NCBI GenBank assembly: GCA_902587545.1
Contig: CACILL010000003.1
Coordinates: 19,006 to 83,005 of the forward strand
DNA length: 64,000 bases
From: an uncultured SAR86 cluster bacterium
GTDB taxonomy: Bacteria > Pseudomonadota > Gammaproteobacteria > Magnimaribacterales > AG-339-G14
Direction: 5' to 3'
Positions 39,544 through 47,721 of this stretch are shown piece after piece. A program made the translations under genes and the position numbers. Below the pieces are notes generated by a model. It had not been told where the DNA came from. It saw only the letters and a list, made by a program, of their open reading frames with translations, and did not search any database. The stretch's first letter is position 1. Every line of letters begins with the position of its first letter.

Positions 39544-41139
39544 GTGAACAAATACAGAAGAAAATTCCTAAAGAGTTTAGCCCTACTTTTACTTTTTCTG
39601 CCTATACGTATTTTTCCGTCATTTAATAAAGAATCGGTTATTTCTTTTAAGTATGGAGTGGCGAGTGGGGATCCTACAAATACTAATGTAATTTTATGGA
39701 CAAAAATCTTACCAATGGGTAATCCAGAAATTAGAGTTAGGTGGGAAGTTTCAAGTTCCAAGGATTTTTCAAATCTTATTACCTATGGTCATGTCAGGAC
39801 AAATTCTAAAAAAGATTATTCAGTTAAAGTTGATGCAAAAATTCCAAAAAAGTTTAATGGTGAAAAAATTTATTATAGATTTTTAGCAGATGGCAAAACC
39901 TCTGATATTGGAATGACATCAACATTACCTAGCGAAAATCCAAATAATTTTAATATCGCTTTTTGTAGCTGCTCAAATTATCCTGCAGGATATTTTAATG
40001 CTTACAAAGAAATAGCAAAAAATGAAAAAATAGACTTGGTTTTGCATCTTGGAGATTATCTCTATGAATATGGTCATGGTGGTTATGCGTCAAAGGATGC
40101 AGAACAAATGGGCAGAGTTGTAAATCCGAAACACGAAATGGTTTCATTGGATGATTATCGAAAAAGGTATGCGACATATAGGTCTGATCCCGATCTAAAA
40201 TTATTACATCAAAAAAAACCTATGATTTCTGTTTGGGATGATCATGAATTTACTAATGATAGTTGGCAAAAAGGAGCTCAAAACCATTCTAAAGATGAAG
40301 GTACATTTGCTAATAGAAAAAAGAGTGCTCTTCAAGCTTATTACGAATGGATGCCAATCCGTGAGAAAGGCAGAAAAGATAAAATTTGGAGAAATTTCAG
40401 GGTAGGAAATCTTATAAATTTGATGATGTTGGATACCAGATCATACAAAAGAGATAAACAATTAGATATAGAAAAATACTTTGACGGTAATTCTTTTAAT
40501 AAAATTTCTTATTTAAGAGATATTAATAAACCAAGAAAACTTCTTGGTAAAGAACAGTTCAACTGGATAAGAAATAAAGTAGATAGTTCTTTTAAATGGT
40601 CTATTTTTGGACAACAAATTCTAATCGGGCCAAAATATTTACCAACAATTTTTAAGGCTGTCGACAAAGAAAACTTTCCAAAATTTCTTCATAAATATCT
40701 TTCTTTAGCTGGTACTGAGATTCCTTACAATACAGATCAGTGGGATGGATATCCAAAGGAAAGGGAAAAGTTTTATAAAACTATAAGCAATTCTCAATCC
40801 AGCCTCATTCTTGCGGGTGATTCACACAATTCTTGGCTTTCAAATCTATTCGATAAAAATAATAAATTTGTTGGCGTTGAAATAGGAGCTCCTTCTATCA
40901 CATCTCCAAATTTTGTTGATACTTTTGGAGATTTTACAGAAGCATTGGATAAATCATTTATTGATTCAAATAAAGATCTTATTTGGACTAATGGAAGGAA
41001 CAAGGGTTATGTAGAGCTTAATATTTTTGCGGAATATGTAGACGTCAAATTCAATTTTGTTTCCTCGGTTAAATCTAAAAATTATAAGAATTTAAAACCC
41101 ATAACTTTTAAAGTTAATCATAGCGAAGCAATCACTTAG
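39544..41139 (+). CDS. phoD: Alkaline phosphatase D (Tat-exported)
   Basis: RRKFLK twin-arginine signal, GVASGDP, HLGDYLYE, WDDHE, LDTR, WDGY, GDSH. Confidence 0.94.
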   Translation: MNKYRRKFLKSLALLLLFLPIRIFPSFNKESVISFKYGVASGDPTNTNVILWTKILPMGNPEIRVRWEVSSSKDFSNLITYGHVRTNSKKDYSVKVDAKIPKKFNGEKIYYRFLADGKTSDIGMTSTLPSENPNNFNIAFCSCSNYPAGYFNAYKEIAKNEKIDLVLHLGDYLYEYGHGGYASKDAEQMGRVVNPKHEMVSLDDYRKRYATYRSDPDLKLLHQKKPMISVWDDHEFTNDSWQKGAQNHSKDEGTFANRKKSALQAYYEWMPIREKGRKDKIWRNFRVGNLINLMMLDTRSYKRDKQLDIEKYFDGNSFNKISYLRDINKPRKLLGKEQFNWIRNKVDSSFKWSIFGQQILIGPKYLPTIFKAVDKENFPKFLHKYLSLAGTEIPYNTDQWDGYPKEREKFYKTISNSQSSLILAGDSHNSWLSNLFDKNNKFVGVEIGAPSITSPNFVDTFGDFTEALDKSFIDSNKDLIWTNGRNKGYVELNIFAEYVDVKFNFVSSVKSKNYKNLKPITFKVNHSEAIT

Positions 41140-41207
41140 ATTAGGTTTTTATATTGTTTTTGTAAGTTACTTTCGTTTCATACTATGTATAATTGTTTTC
41201 CTAAATT

Positions 41208-41286
41208 GGACCGGTAGTTCAGTTCTGGTTAGAACGCCGCCCTGTCACGGCGGAGGTCGCGGGTTCGAGCCCCGTCCGGTCCGCCA
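41208..41286 (+). tRNA. tRNA-Asp(GTC)
   Basis: GGACCGG/CCGGTCC acceptor, CCGCC-CTGTCAC-GGCGG, TTCGAGC, GCCA; TATAAT at 41188. Confidence 0.97.
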
Positions 41287-41293
41287 TTAAAAT

Positions 41294-41623
41294 ATGTACA
41301 TTACTGTTCTTAAATCTAAGTTACATAGAGTAAAAGTTACTTCTACAAACATTGACTACGATGGATCTTGCGGAATTGATAAGGACTGGATGGATGCTCT
41401 TGATATTAAAGAATATGAACAAGTTCATATCTATAATATTTCAAATGGAAATAGATTTGTTACCTATGCCTTTTCTGAGGATGCCGGAAGCAAAAAGATT
41501 TCTCTAAATGGCGCTGCTGCCCATAAAGCAGATACTGGAGATTTAATAATCGTATGTACTTACATGATGGGAAGTAAAGGTGATAAATTTCAAGAACCAA
41601 AAATTTTAAAAATTGAAGATTAG
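41294..41623 (+). CDS. panD: Aspartate 1-decarboxylase
   Basis: KSKLHR, YDGSCGID (Gly-Ser self-cleavage site), NGNRFVTY, LNGAAA. Confidence 0.95.
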   Translation: MYITVLKSKLHRVKVTSTNIDYDGSCGIDKDWMDALDIKEYEQVHIYNISNGNRFVTYAFSEDAGSKKISLNGAAAHKADTGDLIIVCTYMMGSKGDKFQEPKILKIED

Positions 41624-41629
41624 GAGATA

Positions 41630-42433
41630 ATGATGAAAATTGAAGATTTGTTTTCAGTAAAAGACAAGGTTGCTGTTGTCACTGGAGGATCTCGAGGGAT
41701 AGGTGAAATGATTGCATCAGCGTATCTAGCAAATGGCGCTACTGTATATATTACGTCTAGAAAGGCTGATGTTTGTGATGCAAAGGCAATAGAACTCTCA
41801 GAAAAATATAATACTCAATGTACATCTCTTCCATCTGACTTATCTTCTTTAGAAGGAATAGAGAAGTTTGTAAAAGAAGTAGAGGCGTTAGAATCTGGGA
41901 TTGATATTTTGGTAAATAATGCTGGAGCAGCATGGGCAGAACCTATAGATGTTTTCTCAGAAAAAGGCTGGGATAAGGTGATGGATCTGAATGTCAAAAG
42001 TGTATTCTTCTCTACGCAAAAGTTTCTTCCACTGTTGAAGAAAAAAGCTACAAGAGACGATCCTTCTCGGGTTATCAACATAGGTTCAATTGATGGTATT
42101 GGAACTCCTGTTTTTGAAACATACCCTTACAGTGCATCTAAAGCCTCTGTTCATCATATGACAAGAGTGCTTGCCGCAAGACTTGTTAGAGAAAACATTT
42201 TAGTGAATGCCATTGCACCAGGACCTTTTCCTAGCGATATGTTGGGTTCAGCAGTAGCTCATAACTATGATGGCATTATTTCCAGAAATCCAGTCCATAG
42301 AATGGGTAGAGCCGAAGATGTCGGCGGTTTAGCTTTATATCTTTCATCAAAGGCTGGTTCTTACACTGTAGGAGAAACCATTACTTGCGATGGCGGAACA
42401 ATCTCTGCAACTGGTCACGATTTGAGTGAATAA
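41630..42433 (+). CDS. Short-chain dehydrogenase/reductase
   Basis: TGGSRGIG, LVNNAG, YSASKA; AGGAG RBS. Confidence 0.93.
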   Translation: MMKIEDLFSVKDKVAVVTGGSRGIGEMIASAYLANGATVYITSRKADVCDAKAIELSEKYNTQCTSLPSDLSSLEGIEKFVKEVEALESGIDILVNNAGAAWAEPIDVFSEKGWDKVMDLNVKSVFFSTQKFLPLLKKKATRDDPSRVINIGSIDGIGTPVFETYPYSASKASVHHMTRVLAARLVRENILVNAIAPGPFPSDMLGSAVAHNYDGIISRNPVHRMGRAEDVGGLALYLSSKAGSYTVGETITCDGGTISATGHDLSE

Positions 42434-42460
42434 AAAAACCCCGTCATTTCTGACGGGGCT
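42432..42460 (-). terminator. Rho-independent terminator (minus strand)
   Basis: Minus strand reads CCCCGTCA-GAAA-TGACGGGG followed by T7. Confidence 0.9.
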
Positions 42461-42661
42461 TAAGAATAAGTATTTCAACTTAATTCTTACCTTAAGCGGG
42501 CGAACCGGCAAAAGGTCGGAATCGGGTTAACCCGTTGTCAAGAGGCACCCCCTGAAATTCCTGCTAATTCGTTAATACTAATTTGGACCACCTCCTTCAC
42601 AGGGTAAGAATAAAACGCACTTTACTAGGAACCCCTGATATTGAACCTAAGTGCAACACTT
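42432..42661 (-). ncRNA. Putative structured small RNA (~230 nt), family unassigned
   Basis: Largest non-tRNA intergenic gap in the window, GC-enriched, with several nested inverted repeats, TAAAAT -10 at 42673-42668 and a terminator at the 3' end. Confidence 0.65.
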
Positions 42662-42673
42662 GTATCTATTTTA

Positions 42674-44113
42674 CTACAAGACGAGAGGGTAATAAAAGAC
42701 CGATAAAAGAAGGATATATAGAAATGAAATTAAATTAATAAAAATTCCTGCTCTTACCATTTGCTGAATGGGAACTAAGTTTGAAGCAAAGACTATAGAG
42801 TTGGGAGGAGTTGCAACTGGCAACATGAAAGCACAGCTAGCAACAATTGTTAGCGGTAATGTAAGCAGCAAAGGGTTTATATCTAAATTGAAACCTACGC
42901 TAGCAATTACGGGCATAAAAGTAATTGTCGTTGTTAGATTGCTTGTTAACTCTGTAAGGAATAAGACCAACAATATAATCAAAGCAACTACTATAATGGG
43001 ATTGATATCTGCAGGTATCAAATTAGCTAACCATGAGGCAAGGCCGGTGGAATTTACTTCATAGGCTAAAGCCATACCTCCACCAAATAAAAAGATAAGC
43101 CCCCATGGAAATTTTTGTTGTAAGTCATCCCAATTAAGCAAATAATCTTCTCTATTTTTAGAACTAACAAAAAATAATGAGATGCCTCCTATCATTGCAA
43201 TAACTGCATCTTCTAAAAAATCTAATCCTGGTAAATCGTCTAATAATTTTCTAAATACCCAACAAAAGGCAGTTATTGAGAAAATTATTGCAACCATTTT
43301 TTGCTCTGAAGTAATCTTTCCTAAATCTTCAAGCATTGTTCTTAGTTTTGAATTTGTTTCCGGAGAAGCCTTAAAATTTATTGGAAAAATTAAAGAGGTT
43401 AAAATAAACCAAACAAGAGGGACCATAATTAGTGTCACAGGCAGTCCTATTGCAAGCCAACTTATGAAACCTATATCTTGATTAAAATTATCATTTGCAT
43501 ATTGAATAAGATAGCCATTTGGAGAAGTTCCAATTGGAGTAGATATTCCTCCCAGAGAAGCTGAATATGCAATTCCAAGGAGTAGAGCAAATTGAAAATT
43601 TTTACTCTCACTTGGAAGCAAATCTTTCACTGTCTCATTTATTACAGCTATGACTGACACTCCAATTGGCAAGAGCATTATTGCTGTTGAGGTATTCATT
43701 ACCCACATACTCAAAATTGCACTTGTTAGCATAAAAGCAGCCACGATATTTTTTGCCTGCATGCCACTATACTTTAGGATATTAAGCGCAATTCTTTTGT
43801 GCAAATTCCACTTTTGCATAGCAATTCCAATCATGAACCCACCAGCAAAAAGGAACTGAACTTTATTCATATATTCTCTACTGATAACTCCAATTGGATC
43901 TATTCCTAACAAAGGAAAGAAAATTAAAGGCAATAGAGCCGTTGCATAAAGTGGCATTGCTTCAGTAGCCCACCAAATTCCCATCAGTAAAAAAATAGCT
44001 GCAGTTAGCTTACCTTCGTTTGATAATCCATCTGGGACAGGCATGAAATAAATACAAACAAAAATCGCAAGTCCAATCCAAAAACCGATTTTTTTGGCAT
44101 TAAATGAATTCAT
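42674..44113 (-). CDS. SLC13/DASS family sodium:dicarboxylate/sulfate symporter
   Basis: WATEAMP, SMWVMNTST, TPIGTSPN, TELTSN, AFMLPVATPPN. Confidence 0.93.
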   Translation of the reverse strand: MNSFNAKKIGFWIGLAIFVCIYFMPVPDGLSNEGKLTAAIFLLMGIWWATEAMPLYATALLPLIFFPLLGIDPIGVISREYMNKVQFLFAGGFMIGIAMQKWNLHKRIALNILKYSGMQAKNIVAAFMLTSAILSMWVMNTSTAIMLLPIGVSVIAVINETVKDLLPSESKNFQFALLLGIAYSASLGGISTPIGTSPNGYLIQYANDNFNQDIGFISWLAIGLPVTLIMVPLVWFILTSLIFPINFKASPETNSKLRTMLEDLGKITSEQKMVAIIFSITAFCWVFRKLLDDLPGLDFLEDAVIAMIGGISLFFVSSKNREDYLLNWDDLQQKFPWGLIFLFGGGMALAYEVNSTGLASWLANLIPADINPIIVVALIILLVLFLTELTSNLTTTITFMPVIASVGFNLDINPLLLTLPLTIVASCAFMLPVATPPNSIVFASNLVPIQQMVRAGIFINLISFLYILLLSVFYYPLVL

Positions 44114-44169
44114 TTGAAATACTTAGTATAGTTTTGTCCATAATATGCTGAATTTATCTAAAAATAACA

Positions 44170-45036
44170 ATGACTAAATATGTTTTATCCATTGATGGTG
44201 GTGGAGTAAGGGGTTTAGCTTCAGCAACATTCTTAAGTGAACTGGATAAGTCAACCAATAAAAAACTCTCAGATAGCTTCGATCTAATTGTAGGTACATC
44301 TACAGGAGGCATAATAGCCCTGGCAATTTCAATTTTAGGTCTTGAAGGTGACGATCTGGTAAAAATTTATTCAAAAGAAAATCTTAAAAAAATTTTTTCT
44401 CCATTGAGGTATAGATTTTTGGGATCGAAATATGCAGGCAAAATAAAGAGAAAAACTTTCGAAGAATATTTCAAAGCTGAAACACTGAGTTCTGCAAAAA
44501 CACCATTAATTATAACTGCATTCGATTTGGAAAGAAGACGGGTAAAAATGTTCAAATCTTGGAAAGAAGGTTACTTGCCAGCCAGAAGAGTAGCTGCTGC
44601 AACCTCAGCAGCACCAACTTACTTTCCAGCTGAATCAATAGAAGGCCAATGGTATCTTGATGGTGCAGTATCAACTAATAATCCTGTTCTTATAGCTCAT
44701 GCAGAGTCAAAAGCTTTATGGCCTAATGAAGAAATAAAAATTCTAAGTATTGGCACAGGTTATAATGAAAGAAGATTAGATGGTAGGAAAGCAAGAAAAT
44801 GGGGTTCAATTTCTTGGCTAAATGCCGGAATAATTCAGATCTTAATGGAATCTAATATAGAACATGTTATTGCACAATCCCTATTCAATGATAATTATTT
44901 AAGAGTAGATTCTTCACTTACTGGCATTAAATCATCATTTGATAACACCTCTAAAAGAAATTTAGACTCAATTAAAAAATTGGGAGAAAGTTGGTGGGAA
45001 AGATTTGGTGAAAAATCCAAAGAATTTATTTTGTAA
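44170..45036 (+). CDS. Patatin-like phospholipase
   Basis: DGGGVRG, GTSTG, SAAPTYF, DGA, LSIGTG. Confidence 0.92.
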   Translation: MTKYVLSIDGGGVRGLASATFLSELDKSTNKKLSDSFDLIVGTSTGGIIALAISILGLEGDDLVKIYSKENLKKIFSPLRYRFLGSKYAGKIKRKTFEEYFKAETLSSAKTPLIITAFDLERRRVKMFKSWKEGYLPARRVAAATSAAPTYFPAESIEGQWYLDGAVSTNNPVLIAHAESKALWPNEEIKILSIGTGYNERRLDGRKARKWGSISWLNAGIIQILMESNIEHVIAQSLFNDNYLRVDSSLTGIKSSFDNTSKRNLDSIKKLGESWWERFGEKSKEFIL

Positions 45037-45043
45037 CTGTTTC

Positions 45044-46048
45044 ATGAATAAAATTTCAGTGCTAGGTGGAGGTTCTTGGGGAACTACGCTTGCTAATCTG
45101 TTAGCTGCTAAAGATTTAAATGTTTCTATCTGGGCAAGAGATCCTAAGATCTTTGTTAAAAAGAAAAATACTCTTATTAATAAAAAATATCTCCCTAAAT
45201 ATACACTTTCTTCAAAATTAAAAATTCAACAAGATATCAAAGAAGCTGTTTTAAGTGCTAACTTAATTATTATTGCAATTCCTTCTAAAGATTTTAGGAA
45301 AATTTCTTCAAAAATATCTAAATACTTAAATAATCAAAAAATTTTGATAGCAACAAAAGGCATAGAAAATGAGTCATTTATGACCATGAGCGAAGTTTTC
45401 TTAGACGAAACAAACCATTCAAAAAAAAATATCATGGTTCTCTCAGGTCCGAATATTGCTGATGAAATTATGAGAAAAAATATATCAGCATCTGTAATCG
45501 CAGGAAGTGATAAAAAATCTTTAAAACAAGTATCTGATTTTTTTAATAGTGATTTTTTTAAAATATTTTTATCAAGCGATACTAAAGGAATAGAAATGGC
45601 TGGAGCTTTAAAAAATTTGTATGCAATATGCTCTGGCTTATCTGATGGGTTAGGTTTTGAATCAAATACTAAGGCTATGTTGCTAACAAGATCTTTATCA
45701 GAGATGTCTGAACTTTTTAAGAAAATTAATGCTAATCCTTTAACTCTTCTTGGTCTATCAGGAGTCGGAGATTTAATAGCTACAAGTAGCTCAGAAAAAA
45801 GTAGAAATTATTCATTTGGAAAGTTTTTAGGTAGAGGAAATAGTCCTAGTAAGGCTTTATCGATGGTAAAGCAGTCTGTAGAAGGGCATAGAACATTAAA
45901 AGTTCTTTATTTAGAAAAGAAGAAGCTATCTTTAAATATGCCTATAATTGATGCTTTATATAAGATTGTTTACTTAAAAAAAGACCCAAAAAAATGTTTT
46001 TTAAAGTTTATCCACGAAAGTGGTAATATTGACACCGCTTATGACTGA
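45044..46048 (+). CDS. gpsA: Glycerol-3-phosphate dehydrogenase (NAD(P)+)
   Basis: GGGSWGT, TKGIE, SGPN, GALKN, GVGDLIAT, SRN; start at 45044. Confidence 0.94.
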   Translation: MNKISVLGGGSWGTTLANLLAAKDLNVSIWARDPKIFVKKKNTLINKKYLPKYTLSSKLKIQQDIKEAVLSANLIIIAIPSKDFRKISSKISKYLNNQKILIATKGIENESFMTMSEVFLDETNHSKKNIMVLSGPNIADEIMRKNISASVIAGSDKKSLKQVSDFFNSDFFKIFLSSDTKGIEMAGALKNLYAICSGLSDGLGFESNTKAMLLTRSLSEMSELFKKINANPLTLLGLSGVGDLIATSSSEKSRNYSFGKFLGRGNSPSKALSMVKQSVEGHRTLKVLYLEKKKLSLNMPIIDALYKIVYLKKDPKKCFLKFIHESGNIDTAYD

Positions 46049-46388
46049 AAAAAATGATGATTCTTCGGAAATTGCCGAAGTCGAACTAGAAGAAAAGAAG
46101 AATTTTAAGGATGCCATACCTGAAAAGGTTAAGCATCCATCTACTTGGATCACAGCTGGTTTGATTGTTTTCTACCTATTCTTATTAGGATTCTTAGATT
46201 TAGTCTTATGGATTATCGCAGGGACACAATTCTTATTTACCTTGTTTACTAAGGAACCAAATTCGCATTTATCAGCTTTTTCGATTAAATTAAGGAATTA
46301 CATTGTTCAAATAGTTGATTTTGTAACATATAGTAGCCAAGAAAGACCTTTCCCTTTTAATCCCTTACCTGAAGAAGATAATGATTAA
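46041..46388 (+). CDS. DUF4389-like small membrane protein
   Basis: QFLFTLFTKEPN...FVTYSSQERPFPF; commonly found after gpsA. Confidence 0.75.
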   Translation: MTEKNDDSSEIAEVELEEKKNFKDAIPEKVKHPSTWITAGLIVFYLFLLGFLDLVLWIIAGTQFLFTLFTKEPNSHLSAFSIKLRNYIVQIVDFVTYSSQERPFPFNPLPEEDND

Positions 46389-46435
46389 AAGTTATAAAAA
46401 AGTCTGTAAAATATAACTGTTTTAAAGGATTTATA

Positions 46436-47056
46436 ATGAGTAAGAAAAATTTTGCCAAAAAGGCTATACCAATTTCCAGACCATCACCTGAAGAGGCAAT
46501 GGAAGCTGTGAAAACTCTTTTAGCTTTTGCTGGAGACGATCCTTCCAGAGAAGGATTAGTAGAGACTCCTAAGCGAGTCATTAAAGCATACGGTGAATTC
46601 TTTGCCGGCTACGATGAAGATCCCGAAGAAGTCCTATCCAAAACTTTTGAACAAGTCGAGGGCTATGATGAAATGGTTATAGTGAAGGGCATTCGAGTTG
46701 AGTCTCATTGTGAACATCATATGGTTCCAATATTAGGCGTTGCTCACGTTGGTTATATACCTGACCAAAGGGTAGTAGGTATAAGTAAATTAGCCAGAAT
46801 AATTGATATTTTTGGGAAGAGGTTACAAACTCAAGAAACCATGACTGCTCAAGTCGCAGATACTATAAATAACGTTTTAAAGCCAAAAGGAGTTGCTGTG
46901 GTAATTGATGCTGCTCATCAATGCATGACTACAAGAGGAATTCATAAAACCGAAACAAGTACAGTAACAAGCAGAATGTTGGGTGTTTTTAAAGAGAACG
47001 CTATTACTCGAACAGAATTTATGAATCTTATACATTCTAACTCCAACCAATCTTGA
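46436..47056 (+). CDS. folE: GTP cyclohydrolase I
   Basis: REGLVETPKRV, SHCEHH, GISKLAR, HQCMTTRG. Confidence 0.96.
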   Translation: MSKKNFAKKAIPISRPSPEEAMEAVKTLLAFAGDDPSREGLVETPKRVIKAYGEFFAGYDEDPEEVLSKTFEQVEGYDEMVIVKGIRVESHCEHHMVPILGVAHVGYIPDQRVVGISKLARIIDIFGKRLQTQETMTAQVADTINNVLKPKGVAVVIDAAHQCMTTRGIHKTETSTVTSRMLGVFKENAITRTEFMNLIHSNSNQS

Positions 47057-47658
47057 GTTCAGAATCATTACCTGAACAAAAAGTCATCCTTGCATCAAAT
47101 TCTTCTATAAGAAAAAAGATTCTAGAAGACTCCGGAATTTCTTTTAAAGTTGTGCCTTCAGAAGTGGAGGAAGAAGAGCTTAAACAATCTTTATCAAGTA
47201 ATAATTTTAAAGAATATTGCCTTGCTTTAGCAAAAGCAAAAGCTTTAGATGTAAGCAATAAAAAGAAGAACGCTTATGTAATCGGTTCGGATCAAATATG
47301 TTGTTATGAAGACGAAATTTTTAGCAAACCATTAACTAAGGAAAACTGTTTCAAAACGTTATCTAAATTATCTGGAAATACTCATTACCAAAACTGTGGT
47401 ATCAGCATCTGTAAAGATGGGAAAGAAATTTGGTCGCATTACGCTCAAGCAGCTCTTACTATGAAATCTTTAACAGATTCAGAAATTAAAGATTACATTG
47501 ATAAAGATGAGCCTTTCATGGCTTGTGGAGCCTATCGATTTGAATCCCTAGGAAAAAATTTATTTTCATCTACCAAAGGTGATGAGACTACCATTCAAGG
47601 ATTGACTTTAGATCCAATATTAGAATTCTTGGGATCTAAAAAAGTTATAGATAACTAA
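47053..47658 (+). CDS. maf: Maf family nucleoside triphosphate pyrophosphatase
   Basis: ILASNSSIR, KA, IGSDQ, KP, CGAY, IQGL. Confidence 0.9.
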   Translation: MSSESLPEQKVILASNSSIRKKILEDSGISFKVVPSEVEEEELKQSLSSNNFKEYCLALAKAKALDVSNKKKNAYVIGSDQICCYEDEIFSKPLTKENCFKTLSKLSGNTHYQNCGISICKDGKEIWSHYAQAALTMKSLTDSEIKDYIDKDEPFMACGAYRFESLGKNLFSSTKGDETTIQGLTLDPILEFLGSKKVIDN

Positions 47659-47721
47659 AACATTTATTAAAAATTGGACAGTCTTACTGTCATAAATTAT
47701 ATTTATTTATCGGAGAGTATT

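Noticed and set aside
42432-42661. 6S RNA, SRP RNA or a 16S rRNA fragment
   Set aside because: Short 6S-like words (AAGCGGGC, CCCCTGA, TTGAACC) are on the plus strand, but the terminator is on the minus strand and no long 6S rod is evident. The SRP core motif is absent, and 16S similarity is limited to 15 nt. Not formally excluded without cmscan.
44170-45036. Patatin as a CBASS CapV effector
   Set aside because: No CD-NTase or Cap genes nearby; it sits in an operon with gpsA, which fits lipid metabolism.
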